A stretch of DNA of 59,338 nt, filler included. It is 7 parts of 7 records of this genome, joined end to end, with 100 filler letters (N's around TTAATTAATTAA, not from the genome) between each part and the next. Parts side by side here need not be neighbours in the genome. Positions count along the whole stretch, not along the records: positions 5,947 to 11,131 come from SRR31156797_51637; positions 11,232 to 24,401 come from SRR31156797_51653; 5 more parts are not named here. One strand, 5' to 3'. Every line of letters begins with the position of its first letter. The stretch's first letter is position 1. The notes beneath the pieces were generated by a model, which searched no databases, was not told the origin of the DNA, and saw only the letters and a program-made list of their open reading frames with translations. A program made the translations under genes and the position numbers. Positions 9,814 through 19,953 of this stretch are shown here, one piece after another.

Positions 9814-10911
9814 ATGGAAACAATATTAATACTAGGAGCAATTATTATTGGTTTTACTCTGGTAGTAATTGCAATCCCACCAATACTGCGCGTAGCCCGT
9901 GCAAAAAATTTATTTGATTCTCCTGATGAACGAAAAATACACACCGGAACAATCCCGCCGCTTGGAGGTATCGCCATTTTTATTGGCTTTGTTATAAGTA
10001 CTATAATAGCTACCGACGGTTACAGTTTCGATTCGTTAAAATACATTATTGCATCAGTCATACTAATGTTTTTTATAGGTTTAAAAGACGATTTAATGAT
10101 AATCTCCCCCAGGAAAAAACTGATTGTTCAGATATTTGCCTGTGTGCTATTAATTTCTCTCGGGAATGTACGTTTTACTTCGCTTCATGGCATTTTTGGA
10201 ATCTATGAAATTCATTACATCACAAGTTTGTTGATTACACTTTTTGCTATGATTGTTATTGTAAATTCATTTAATCTGGTTGATGGGATAGATGGATTAG
10301 CATCGGGATTGGCAATATTAGCAGGCACTTTTTTTGGAACCTGGTTCTTTCTGGTGGGGCAAATTCAATTCTCAATTATGTCGTTTGCCCTGGTAGGAAG
10401 TCTTGCCGGTTTTTTCCTTTTTAATGTATTTGGGAAAAGTAATAAACTATTTATGGGAGACACAGGTTCACTTATTATTGGATTGGTAATTTCTACATTA
10501 GTGGTAAAATTCAACGAGTTTAATGTGGCAAACAGTTACGTATTTGCGATAAAAGCTGCACCCTCAGTCTCTTTTGCAGTAATTATTGTACCATTAATTG
10601 ATACACTCAAAGTAATGAGTATTCGTATAAAACAAGGGAAATCGCCGTTCTCTCCCGATAACAACCATTTACACCACCGTTTACTGGTTCTTGTACCAAA
10701 CCATTTTAAAGTAACGTTAATTATAGTTTCTACAAATATTGGCTTTATTGGTTTAGCTTTAGCCTTGAATACTTTGACGCTTAACGTTAATCTTCAATTG
10801 CTGTTTATATTCTTAACCGGGATTTTCATTAGTTCTTTGCCTTTATTTTTTATTCGATATAAATCTGCAGAGAAAAAAAGAAAGAGAAAGTTAGTAAGGC
10901 AGCCCGGCTAA
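9814..10911 (+). CDS. WecA/TagO/MraY-family polyprenyl-phosphate sugar-1-phosphate transferase
   Basis: RKIH..P.LGG, GLKDD, NSFNLVDGIDGL, FMGDTGS and HLHHRL motifs; multi-TM. Confidence 0.9.
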   Translation: METILILGAIIIGFTLVVIAIPPILRVARAKNLFDSPDERKIHTGTIPPLGGIAIFIGFVISTIIATDGYSFDSLKYIIASVILMFFIGLKDDLMIISPRKKLIVQIFACVLLISLGNVRFTSLHGIFGIYEIHYITSLLITLFAMIVIVNSFNLVDGIDGLASGLAILAGTFFGTWFFLVGQIQFSIMSFALVGSLAGFFLFNVFGKSNKLFMGDTGSLIIGLVISTLVVKFNEFNVANSYVFAIKAAPSVSFAVIIVPLIDTLKVMSIRIKQGKSPFSPDNNHLHHRLLVLVPNHFKVTLIIVSTNIGFIGLALALNTLTLNVNLQLLFIFLTGIFISSLPLFFIRYKSAEKKRKRKLVRQPG

Positions 10912-11055
10912 ATCGGAGGTGCAAAGATACAGACCTTTCTGCACTTTTTATTATGAAATAATAAGACTAAAAACGATCAAAGACTTCCATAATTTGTACA
11001 ATCAAAGTACCTGAATTGTTTGCCTTGAAAGTAAACGTCTCGTTCATTAAGAGCA

Positions 11056-11093
11056 AAAAAAAGAGTCGCAAGAAATAAAATCTTACAACTCTT
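11056..11093 (-). terminator. Probable intrinsic terminator downstream of the tRNA
   Basis: Hairpin AAGAGTCGCAAGA...TCTTACAACTCTT preceded on + by an A-run, which is a U-tract on the minus strand. Confidence 0.5.
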
Positions 11094-11103
11094 TAGCAAT
11101 CTC

Positions 11104-11131
11104 GGTGAACCTGAAGGGACTCGAACCCCTA
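11104..11131 (-). tRNA. tRNA 3' fragment (T-arm and acceptor 3' strand); anticodon lost in the gap, so isotype not determinable
   Basis: Minus strand reads AGGGG-TTCGAGT-CCCTT-CAGGTTC-A-CC, a canonical T-stem/loop followed by a 7-nt acceptor strand. Confidence 0.8.
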
Positions 11132-11231
11132 NNNNNNNNNNNNNNNNNNNNNNNNNNNNNNNNNNNNNNNNNNNNTTAATTAATTAANNNNNNNNNNNNN
11201 NNNNNNNNNNNNNNNNNNNNNNNNNNNNNNN
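11132..11231. other. Artificial contig linker
   Basis: N44-TTAATTAATTAA-N44. Confidence 0.98.
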
Positions 11232-11232
11232 C

Positions 11233-13107
11233 GTTACAGCAGTTTTTAAAACCATACCCAAAAATACGCATTTACACTATGATTTTGTTGTAAGCTTTAA
11301 CACGCTGGAAGATTATGGCGTGAATCAGCAAGGCAACTGGAGATCTTTGTTTGTATCTACTTACCTCAGAAAAATACCAACTGCTTCGGAGCATGACATT
11401 GTACAAACCCTGGCAATATTAGCTGAAAAATACCTGACTAAGAACGGTAAAGATGGTTTGGTTGCCAGATATTCCATAATGCCTGTACAAGATATTTACC
11501 TGCATTCTGAATTGGAAAGCGAATTTATGCCACAAGGCAATCTTACAAAAGTGAAACTGCTTTTCGTTATTGCCATTTTTATTTTGCTTATAGCATGGAC
11601 AAACAACATCAATATTTTCACTGCCATGTCTTTTGAGCAAATGAAGGCAACAGGAATTAGGAAAATAAACGGAGCAGGGAACCTGTCAATAATCAAATAT
11701 CATTTAACCGAATTGTTAGTTGTTAACCTGTTTGCCATCTTGCTTGCATTGGGTTTAATTGCCCTTTTCTTACCTATATTTAAAGTGTTTATAAAAAATA
11801 ACCTGGCAGTTAATGTATTTGTACAGCCTTGGTTTTGGAGCATTTTATTGGTACTGCTTATTGCCGGAACAGTTTTTACCGGAATTGTTACGGCTTTAAT
11901 TCAGAGTTCGTTTAAACCAGTTCAACTTTTAAGCAATAAATTAAACAATACGGTAAACCTGGGGTCGGTTCGTTATTGCTTAACGGTATTTCAGTTTATG
12001 CTGGTTATTATTTTAATTGCTTCAACAACTCTAATTTTTAAGCAGATTGATTATTTAAAAAGTAGGAATCTGGGTATGAATGCTAACCAGGTTTTGGTGA
12101 TGCGTGGCCCTGCGACCAATAATACCACCGGAGAAAGAAGGTACCACGAGTTTTGTGCTTTTCGCGATGAGCTGGTACAATCGCCCTATGTTCAGTCTGT
12201 TACGGCAACCATGAATGTTCCGGGGCAAGCCAATAAATACAACAATGTTATGGTACATAGAAATGGGAAGCAGGTGAATACCCGGTTTAATATTTCTTAT
12301 GCCGATGAAAATTATTTTGAGACTTACCAGGTCCCAATTGTTGCTGGCCGGAATTTTTACAGTAGTATTAAAAATGAAAAAGAATCGGTAATTATTAATC
12401 AAAAAGCAGCTGAACTTATTGGTTTTGAGAATGAGGGGCAGGCTGTTGGTGAAAAAATAAAGATTGGAAAAAAAACAGTGGAAATTATAGGTATTGCAAA
12501 AAATTTCCATCATGAGTCTTTGCAGAAAGAGTTGGAGCCCTACATTTATCAATTTAAGCATCCACATGAGTTCGGATACTATCCGGCCCTGGTTAGTACT
12601 TCCAATGTTTCTGCTTTACTTCAATTGGTAGACCAGCTGTGGGCAAAACATTACCCGGGAGCGCAAGCCGATTTTTTCTTTCTCGATGTGTATTTTGATA
12701 AACAGTACCTGTCGTACAAGCAGCTGGGGCAGCTAACAGGAATCAGTTCGGTTTTGGCCATTATCATCGCTTGTCTTGGGCTTTTTGCCCTGGTTTCTCA
12801 TTCTGTGAACAAAAAAATAAAGGAAATAGGCATCCGTAAAGTAAATGGCGCCAGGGTTTCTGAGATTCTAACCATGCTCAATAAGGAATTTGTAAAATGG
12901 GTAATTATAGCCTTTGTAATTGCCTGTCCAATTACATACTTTGCTTTGAATAAATGGCTTGAAAACTTTGCCTACAGAACCGATCTAAGCTGGTGGATTT
13001 TCGTTCCGGCAGGTGTGTTGGCTTTGGGTATTGCGCTGTTAACGGTTAGCTGGCAGAGTTGGAAGGCGGCAACGAGAAATCCTGTTAAGGCGCTCAGGTA
13101 TGAGTGA
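11233..13107 (+). CDS. MacB/FtsX-family ABC transporter permease, 5' truncated
   Basis: Frame is open from the contig start (VTAVFKTIPKNTHLHYDF...). KEIGIRKVNGA motif and NPVKALRYE C-terminus typical of Bacteroidota permeases. Confidence 0.9.
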   Translation, partial: VTAVFKTIPKNTHLHYDFVVSFNTLEDYGVNQQGNWRSLFVSTYLRKIPTASEHDIVQTLAILAEKYLTKNGKDGLVARYSIMPVQDIYLHSELESEFMPQGNLTKVKLLFVIAIFILLIAWTNNINIFTAMSFEQMKATGIRKINGAGNLSIIKYHLTELLVVNLFAILLALGLIALFLPIFKVFIKNNLAVNVFVQPWFWSILLVLLIAGTVFTGIVTALIQSSFKPVQLLSNKLNNTVNLGSVRYCLTVFQFMLVIILIASTTLIFKQIDYLKSRNLGMNANQVLVMRGPATNNTTGERRYHEFCAFRDELVQSPYVQSVTATMNVPGQANKYNNVMVHRNGKQVNTRFNISYADENYFETYQVPIVAGRNFYSSIKNEKESVIINQKAAELIGFENEGQAVGEKIKIGKKTVEIIGIAKNFHHESLQKELEPYIYQFKHPHEFGYYPALVSTSNVSALLQLVDQLWAKHYPGAQADFFFLDVYFDKQYLSYKQLGQLTGISSVLAIIIACLGLFALVSHSVNKKIKEIGIRKVNGARVSEILTMLNKEFVKWVIIAFVIACPITYFALNKWLENFAYRTDLSWWIFVPAGVLALGIALLTVSWQSWKAATRNPVKALRYE

Positions 13108-13158
13108 TTTAATCCCGACCGGAGCGTTGGGATGAAAACTCTTTGATATGAATAGAGT

Positions 13159-13283
13159 CTACTCCTCGTTGCAAACGAGGAGTTAGTTGTTGGTTGTTTT
13201 TAACGACAATTGATGAAATATGGAAGGAAGTTGAATTGCAAACTCAAAAACAATCATCCCCTTGCTGTGCAAACGAGGGGTAG
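13159..13283. repeat. Two related short palindromes (core TGCAAACGAGG), REP-like or terminator hairpins between convergent genes
   Basis: ACTCCTCGTTGCAAACGAGGAGT at 13161-13183 and CCCCTTGCTGTGCAAACGAGGGG at 13258-13280. Confidence 0.45.
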
Positions 13284-13325
13284 TATGAGTTACGAAGAAT
13301 AGGATAGCAGTACTGAAATTCTCGA

Positions 13326-14147
13326 TTACGGTTTTTCTTTAAATGAAGAAGGCAGGCAAAGCAATTGATACTGAATGGTTTTTGCTAACCTGTAATTCCC
13401 CAAAGAATTGGGGTGCAGAAGGTCAGTTTTTTTATTCATGAAAAATTTAGCATTTGAATCTTCCAAGGGATAAAGACCACTAATTGAGTAAAGGTCAATT
13501 AGCGGGACAGCCCAAACTGAAGCAGCCTGCCGTAAAGTATTAACATAATCATCAAGATATAGGCCGATGTCGTTGGAAAAACTTTCTTCGGGTTGAACAT
13601 TTTTTTCATTAAATGTTGCAAAAGCTCTGTGAATAGGAGTCATGATAATTATTTGCTGATCGGGGTAATTTGCTTTTAGAAAAGCCATTACTTTATTAAT
13701 CCGTCCGCAAAAAGTAGTATCGTTTTTTTCGAGGACTCGATATCTTCGAATTACATTTGTTCCATTAAAATTGGTTTTTTTTGCTGTTTCGCGATAAAAA
13801 TTTCCAAGCGGAACATTGTGGTTGTAATCGTTTGTGCCGGCAAAAATCAAAATAGCATCAATGTTTGTACCATGCTCCTCTTTTAGTTTTATCGCCTGAC
13901 CATAAACACCGGTCAACTGATGGCCGCTAATTCCATAAACATAAGGTTCAATGCCCATCATTTTTGTTAAATATTCCCAGTAAACGGTTCGTGGAGTGTT
14001 TTCTTTTTGCCACTTCTGTGTCATTGAATCTCCCAGGTAAGCAACCTTTTTTCCGTTCCATTGCGAACTTTGAAAAGTTATTTGCTGTCCGTATCCAGAA
14101 ATTATAAATGCAGCTAAAAACAGGAATGTGACGGTTATTTTTTTCAT
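13326..14147 (-). CDS. SGNH/GDSL hydrolase (esterase), secreted
   Basis: Signal peptide; GDS, GTND and DLLHPN blocks. Confidence 0.9.
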   Translation of the reverse strand: MKKITVTFLFLAAFIISGYGQQITFQSSQWNGKKVAYLGDSMTQKWQKENTPRTVYWEYLTKMMGIEPYVYGISGHQLTGVYGQAIKLKEEHGTNIDAILIFAGTNDYNHNVPLGNFYRETAKKTNFNGTNVIRRYRVLEKNDTTFCGRINKVMAFLKANYPDQQIIIMTPIHRAFATFNEKNVQPEESFSNDIGLYLDDYVNTLRQAASVWAVPLIDLYSISGLYPLEDSNAKFFMNKKTDLLHPNSLGNYRLAKTIQYQLLCLPSSFKEKP

Positions 14148-14552
14148 AACGAAGCTCTTTAATTAATAAGATTCTGACACGAATTTAAATTAAATTATCA
14201 GATCACCATAAATGCTACCTGTAGAAATAAACTCATTTTTTATGTAATCTTTCTTTTAGTAAAATACATTACTGAAGATCTGTTAAAGATTCTGAAAACA
14301 AATACCATTTTTGTTATTCATGATTTTCGAAAAAATACAAAAGCCATCATAATTTGGTTGGGCAAATTGTTGCCTCAAAGCACAGCTACATAGGCGATAG
14401 GAGTTTCATTGTTATTGAAAACCAATTAAAACAATAATTGCCATAAGGACTATTTATTGAAAAATTTTAACAAAGGAGAAAACAGTAGTAACTTATTGGA
14501 AAAATGCTCGTCATATATTTAGTAATCAGATTATACAATTTAAAAATTTACT

Positions 14553-15551
14553 ATGAAAACGCTGTTAAACTTAAAAATGTACTCAATGATTGTGATGTTT
14601 ACAACATTACTGACATTGAACGGATTTTCGAAAGATGGACAACCTACCATTACAAAAACCTTTGATTTACACGAACCCGGATCATTAAAAGCATCTTCAT
14701 CGGGTGGTGGAGTAGTGGTAAAAGCACACGATCAACCTAAAGTTATAATTCAGGCTTTTGTACGAAAAAGTGGTAGAGTGCTTTCTCCGAATGATAAAAT
14801 GCTGGATGAGGTTTTAGATGCATATGATATTGACTTTTCAAAAAGTGGTAATACCATTATTGCCATTGTAAAACGTAAATCGCGCATGAACTTTTGGAAC
14901 AATATGGGCATTTCGTTAACCATTATGGTGCCCCAGGAGGTTTCGTGCGATGTTTCTTCCAGTGGTGGAAGTGTTAAAGTTTATGGAGTGAAGGGGGAAC
15001 ATGAAATTTCATCGAGTGGTGGCAGTGTAAAACTGGAAAATGTATCGGGAACAACAAAAGCTAAATCTTCGGGTGGCAGTGTAAAAGCAAACAATCATAA
15101 AGGTGATGTTAGTTTAAGCTCGAGTGGCGGAGGTGTTTATGTTGAAGGGGCAAAAGGAAAAGTGTATGCACGAAGTTCCGGCGGCAGTGTAAAACTTTAC
15201 AATATTGTTGGAGAAGCCGATGCAAGCAGCAGTGGAGGAGGTGTAACCGTAAACGGCGAGTGTGCTTATGTAAAAGCTAAATCCAGTGGAGGATCGGTTC
15301 GTGTAAATATCAGTAATTTAAGTAAAGAAATGTATTTGCAATCCAGTGGAGGAGGTGTTTCAGCCGTTATTCATGGTGGCGATGAACTTGGCCTCGATCT
15401 TGATTTACGTTCCAGCAGAGTAAATATTGAACTTCATAATTTTTCGGGTACTTCAAAAAAAGATCGGGTTGAGGGAAAAATGAATGGAGGAGGAATTCCT
15501 GTTTATATGCGTTCTTCAGGAGGCAATGTGAACGTGAGTTATTCAGAATAA
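14553..15551 (+). CDS. DUF4097-like beta-strand repeat (adhesin-like) protein
   Basis: Signal peptide and about nine SSGG(S/G)V repeats. Confidence 0.75.
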   Translation: MKTLLNLKMYSMIVMFTTLLTLNGFSKDGQPTITKTFDLHEPGSLKASSSGGGVVVKAHDQPKVIIQAFVRKSGRVLSPNDKMLDEVLDAYDIDFSKSGNTIIAIVKRKSRMNFWNNMGISLTIMVPQEVSCDVSSSGGSVKVYGVKGEHEISSSGGSVKLENVSGTTKAKSSGGSVKANNHKGDVSLSSSGGGVYVEGAKGKVYARSSGGSVKLYNIVGEADASSSGGGVTVNGECAYVKAKSSGGSVRVNISNLSKEMYLQSSGGGVSAVIHGGDELGLDLDLRSSRVNIELHNFSGTSKKDRVEGKMNGGGIPVYMRSSGGNVNVSYSE

Positions 15552-15652
15552 CAATTTCACTGTAAGCAGGAATAATATTCTGAACTTTTTACCTGGAGTT
15601 GAAAATGAGGATATTGTATTGCAATGATCCATGGCAAAAAGAAGAAAAATGT

Positions 15653-15697
15653 ATCATTCGTCAGGTCTTCATATTAGGTGAAGGCCTGACGAATGAT
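15653..15697. terminator. Long inverted repeat between convergent genes (probable bidirectional terminator)
   Basis: ATCATTCGTCAGGTCTTCA-tattagg-TGAAGGCCTGACGAATGAT. Confidence 0.6.
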
Positions 15698-15717
15698 CAA
15701 CTCTTGAAATCTTAAAT

Positions 15718-17205
15718 TTATAAGGCTTTTAATTTTCCTCCATTTTTCAAGTTATAGGTTTTACCTTCCAGGATTTTACAATCTTTCTTAGAATAATAAA
15801 GCATGTGACCATTGCCAATAATGTTTGTTATTTCCTTACCCGAAATATTGGCATTAATTTCATTTACATACGAATCTTTGGTTAAAATCCATGAGCTTAA
15901 AGAATCGATCTCAACCGTTACATGTTCGGCTTTGTTGCCGGTGTTTATACTTCCTTTAAAAGTAGAATTCCCGGTAAGGGAAAGTTTTATGCTGCTATAT
16001 TTATCGGCAATTAATTCACCATTTAATAACTGGTTATTGGTGGTTATATTTGCTTTTCCACCATTAGCACCTTTATGTCCCCAACGATCGGTTGCAGCAG
16101 TCCGGAGAAGAATTCCGGAGTTTTGGTGAAGTTTTGTACCATTAAGAAAAATGTTAGCATTGGAGTTGGTTACAAAAAACATCGGGCCGGTTTTATCCTC
16201 GCATATAAGCGATCCTCCGTTCACCTCGAAATGGCCATCAACTCCTTCGGCATCGCCTGAAAAACTTTGATAAATCATTACTCCCCATTTGTTTTGGAAA
16301 GAACAACGCAAATCTGAGTTATTCAAAATAATAGAATTAGAACCTTCAATAACAGCAACCTCCGATCCGGAAGCAATAACATTAGCATCCGAAACAGTTA
16401 TCTCACCGGTGGAATAAATTCCCGGAGAATCTGCTCCGGTAGTTTTTATGGTTCCGCCTTCAACAGCAATGGTTCCGCTACCACGGTCGGTAGCTACAGC
16501 TCCTGAATTCATACCACGGGTAATCATGTTTACATTTTTGGCAATAATGGTACCTCCACCACTTGACATAATAGCATGGGCACCTCGGGCTGTGCAGTCA
16601 ATTACATCGCTGTCGGTATAAATAACACTTTGTCCATAAGCAAAAATGGCATTGGCGCCCTCTCCGGTTGTTGTTATCGTATTATTCTTCATCCTTATGG
16701 TACTTTTATCACGGGCAAGCACTGCAGCATTTAGTCCCTGGAAACTGCTGTTTTCATGAGATGTTGTATTACCTGAAGTAACAATGTTGTTACCGCCTAA
16801 TTCTACATTTGCTTCATTAGAAGAAGCCACAGCCGATTCATTTTCTCCCGACGCCTTTATTGTTTTCTTGTTTTTAGATTTGGTACCCTTCTTTACACCA
16901 ATTACCGCTTTAATCAGCGACACATCAAACCGTTCGCCCATACCTCCAGGGGGCATCCCTTCTGGTGTATTGCCGTTTGGAGGAGGCCCCGGTGGCATTC
17001 CTTCAGGTTTTTCTCCTCCCGGAGGTGGCCCCGGAGGCATACCGGTAGGGCGATCACCATTAAATGGCCCCGGAGGCATCCCATTCTCTGTAAGTTGTTT
17101 ATTTTCTTGCTTGTTTTTTGTGTTTTTTGAATTGTTGCACGATACAACAATGAATAAGGAAAAAAGCAGAATCCATACTGTTCCTCTCCACCTGTTTCTT
17201 TTCAT
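15718..17205 (-). CDS. Lipoprotein with Pro/Gly-rich GMPPG repeats and a beta-helix-like domain
   Basis: Lipobox VVSC, four GMPPG repeats, then repetitive T.G..S.A/G beta-solenoid-like segments. Confidence 0.7.
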   Translation of the reverse strand: MKRNRWRGTVWILLFSLFIVVSCNNSKNTKNKQENKQLTENGMPPGPFNGDRPTGMPPGPPPGGEKPEGMPPGPPPNGNTPEGMPPGGMGERFDVSLIKAVIGVKKGTKSKNKKTIKASGENESAVASSNEANVELGGNNIVTSGNTTSHENSSFQGLNAAVLARDKSTIRMKNNTITTTGEGANAIFAYGQSVIYTDSDVIDCTARGAHAIMSSGGGTIIAKNVNMITRGMNSGAVATDRGSGTIAVEGGTIKTTGADSPGIYSTGEITVSDANVIASGSEVAVIEGSNSIILNNSDLRCSFQNKWGVMIYQSFSGDAEGVDGHFEVNGGSLICEDKTGPMFFVTNSNANIFLNGTKLHQNSGILLRTAATDRWGHKGANGGKANITTNNQLLNGELIADKYSSIKLSLTGNSTFKGSINTGNKAEHVTVEIDSLSSWILTKDSYVNEINANISGKEITNIIGNGHMLYYSKKDCKILEGKTYNLKNGGKLKAL

Positions 17206-17488
17206 GATATTGTAACTGTTTAATTGTATAGCATTAATACAAGTATAATGGTTAATTGCCCTAATTTTACAGAACTGGTTTTACTGACCAGGAATGCAGG
17301 AACAAGCATTAATAGGGAAACTCATGACTAATAATTTTACACAGACTGTAAAAAATATTTACACCCCCGGAAATATTGTTTTGATTAAGTATTTGTATTT
17401 TAGGATGTTGTGTTTGAGGCATAAGAGTTGAACTAAGGAAGAGGAAAACAATGCTGATTTATTTGGCTGGTAGCAAAAACTGCAATCA

Positions 17489-19831
17489 ATGATTAAACAT
17501 TTTATATTAATTGCCTGGAGGAATATCCGAAGACGAAAAACACTTTCTTTTATTCAGATTATATGTCTTTCGATTGGACTGGCCGCTTTTATTTTGGTTG
17601 CACGTTATGTACAATACGAAAAAGACTACGATAAATTCAATACGAATTTCAACCGAATTTATCGGGCACAAACATACCGTGTTGACGACCGTATTGATGA
17701 ATCGAGGAGTGTGGTGGTTCCACTGGCAAAATATTTTCGTGAGAATATATCGGAAATTGAAAATGCCATTGCCACCAACGAGGTGTGGAACGAATATTTA
17801 TCGTCGGATGAAGAGCATATCTACAAAGAGACAAATGGATTTATTGCGCCATCCGAAATTTTTGATATGTTCTCTTTCAAACTAATAAGGGGAAACAAAG
17901 CGGATGTTCTTGATGATCCCAATTCGATTGTGTTAAGCCAGTCGATGGCTGAGAAATATTTTTCAGGGCAGGATGCAATGGGAAAAGTAATTTTCGACGA
18001 ACAAAAACAAAAGCTTTTGGTAACCGGAATTATGGAGGATGTGCCGGAACAATCTTCCATTGCAGCTTCTTATTTTAAATCTAATACCGGTTTGTTAAAA
18101 AGAAACGGTGAAAATTGGGACAACAGTTCGTACGAGATTTATGTATTGCTAAAACCAAATGTTTCGGCTGAGCTGGTTAGCGAAAAGATTGAAGGTGTAA
18201 TCCGCAAATTTGACAAAGAATCGAAACAAGCGTTGTTTTTACAACCAATGAGCAAATTGCACCTAAAAGAGTTTATTCGCGACGACCGGGGGGCAATTAT
18301 TTACTTTTTTTCCTTTATAGGTATTTTAACGCTATTACTGGCCTGTGTAAGTTTTATGAACCTTACCACTTCGTTTTCAACCATGCGTTCGGTTGAGATA
18401 GGTGTACGAAAAGTGTCGGGCAGTAACCGAAATATTATTCGTTTACAGTTTTTAACCGAAGCCATTTTAATAGCCTTTATCGCCTTGTTGTTTGCCGTGT
18501 TTTTGGCTTACCTTTTATTGCCGTTGTTTAATACAGTGGTAAATCGTAACATCGAGCTTCAACTTTTGCAAAATCCGCTGTTTATCCTGTTTTTGTTGGC
18601 AACAGTACTTGTAACGGGGTTTATTGGTGGGAGTTACCCGGCCCTTTTTATTTCACGGCTAAAGCCGGTAAATGTTTTAAAAAGTAACAGCTCGTTTAAA
18701 AAAGGCAAAATCAGGGGATTAACAGCAATGGTTTATGTACAATTTATTTTGTCGGTGGTACTACTTACCTCAAGTATCTGGATGTATAAACAAGTTACTT
18801 TTCTGAAAAACAAGGACTTGGGTTACAAAAAAGAGAACCTATTGCATTGCAAACTTCCCAAAATGGAGACCAATGTTTCGTATCAGCAAATTCGCGAACG
18901 AATTCTCAAAAACCCGGGCATCGAAAACATGTCTATTTCTATTAATTCTCCATTGCATTCAAGTTGGGGAACTCGTGTCAGGCATGAAGGAGGCCCCACC
19001 GATGATCATTCCTATGCACGTTGGAACCAGGCTTGCGAGAATTATTTAAATACGATGGGGTTAAAATTGCTTAATGGACGAAATTTTTCAACCGAATATT
19101 CGGCAGATCATAAAACTTGTTTGGTTAACGAAACGGCTGTAAAACATTTTGGCTGGGATGACCCGGTTGGAAAATGGATTGAAATGAATGGGGGACGCTA
19201 TACTGTTGCAGGTGTACTAAAAGACTTTAATAACGATGATGTGCACAATCCTATTATCCCTTATGTTTTATTGTACCGAAATGAGGGTTTTACCAGCCAC
19301 AACGATATAACGTTTAAGGTTAACCCAAAAACAACTGAAAGCAGTTTGGAACACATCAATTCGGTACTGCGTGATGCTTTCCCTAATGTGTTATTTGAGG
19401 TAAACGGCTACGAAGTGGGAACCTATCGGTTGGCACTTAAAATTTGGACAAGTGCTAAAAACACCTTTGCATTTTTTACCGTAATGGCTGTTATTATTGC
19501 CGCCATGGGTTTATTTGGCCTGGTGATATTTGCCACGCAACGAAGGGTAAAAGAAATTGGAATCAGAAAAGTACAAGGAGCAAAAGCTGAGCAGATTTTA
19601 CCCTTGATCACCAAACAATTTGTGATTCTGGTTATAGCAGCAAATATTATTGTTTATCCGCTGGCACAAATGTTAACCAAGGTAACTCCGGGGCACTATA
19701 AGTATCAGTTTACTATTTGGGACCTGGCCATAGTACTTGCAGTTTCTGTTTTGGTTACTCTGTTGTCGAGTGGTTACCAGGCTTTTAGGGCATCATTGTT
19801 AAATCCGGTGGATGCGCTGAGGTACGAATAG
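17489..19831 (+). CDS. MacB/FtsX-family ABC transporter permease
   Basis: Two EIG(V/I)RKV.G motifs; ends NPVDALRYE. Confidence 0.9.
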   Translation: MIKHFILIAWRNIRRRKTLSFIQIICLSIGLAAFILVARYVQYEKDYDKFNTNFNRIYRAQTYRVDDRIDESRSVVVPLAKYFRENISEIENAIATNEVWNEYLSSDEEHIYKETNGFIAPSEIFDMFSFKLIRGNKADVLDDPNSIVLSQSMAEKYFSGQDAMGKVIFDEQKQKLLVTGIMEDVPEQSSIAASYFKSNTGLLKRNGENWDNSSYEIYVLLKPNVSAELVSEKIEGVIRKFDKESKQALFLQPMSKLHLKEFIRDDRGAIIYFFSFIGILTLLLACVSFMNLTTSFSTMRSVEIGVRKVSGSNRNIIRLQFLTEAILIAFIALLFAVFLAYLLLPLFNTVVNRNIELQLLQNPLFILFLLATVLVTGFIGGSYPALFISRLKPVNVLKSNSSFKKGKIRGLTAMVYVQFILSVVLLTSSIWMYKQVTFLKNKDLGYKKENLLHCKLPKMETNVSYQQIRERILKNPGIENMSISINSPLHSSWGTRVRHEGGPTDDHSYARWNQACENYLNTMGLKLLNGRNFSTEYSADHKTCLVNETAVKHFGWDDPVGKWIEMNGGRYTVAGVLKDFNNDDVHNPIIPYVLLYRNEGFTSHNDITFKVNPKTTESSLEHINSVLRDAFPNVLFEVNGYEVGTYRLALKIWTSAKNTFAFFTVMAVIIAAMGLFGLVIFATQRRVKEIGIRKVQGAKAEQILPLITKQFVILVIAANIIVYPLAQMLTKVTPGHYKYQFTIWDLAIVLAVSVLVTLLSSGYQAFRASLLNPVDALRYE

Positions 19832-19953
19832 TTTTAAAAAGTTTAAATTATTAATGATCAATTAAATAGTCTTTTTATATTTAGAATAAGCCAAACGAAG
19901 TCCCTTTTAATAGTGAAAAGGGGCTCGTTTTTATCTTAATACCATAAAGAAAT

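Noticed and set aside
10919-10950. Minus-strand TATCTTTG (Bacteroidota -7 box) pointing antisense into wecA
   Set aside because: It is part of a GTGCAAAG...CTTTCTGCAC hairpin followed by a T-run, more simply the wecA terminator. No supporting -33 element or downstream gene.
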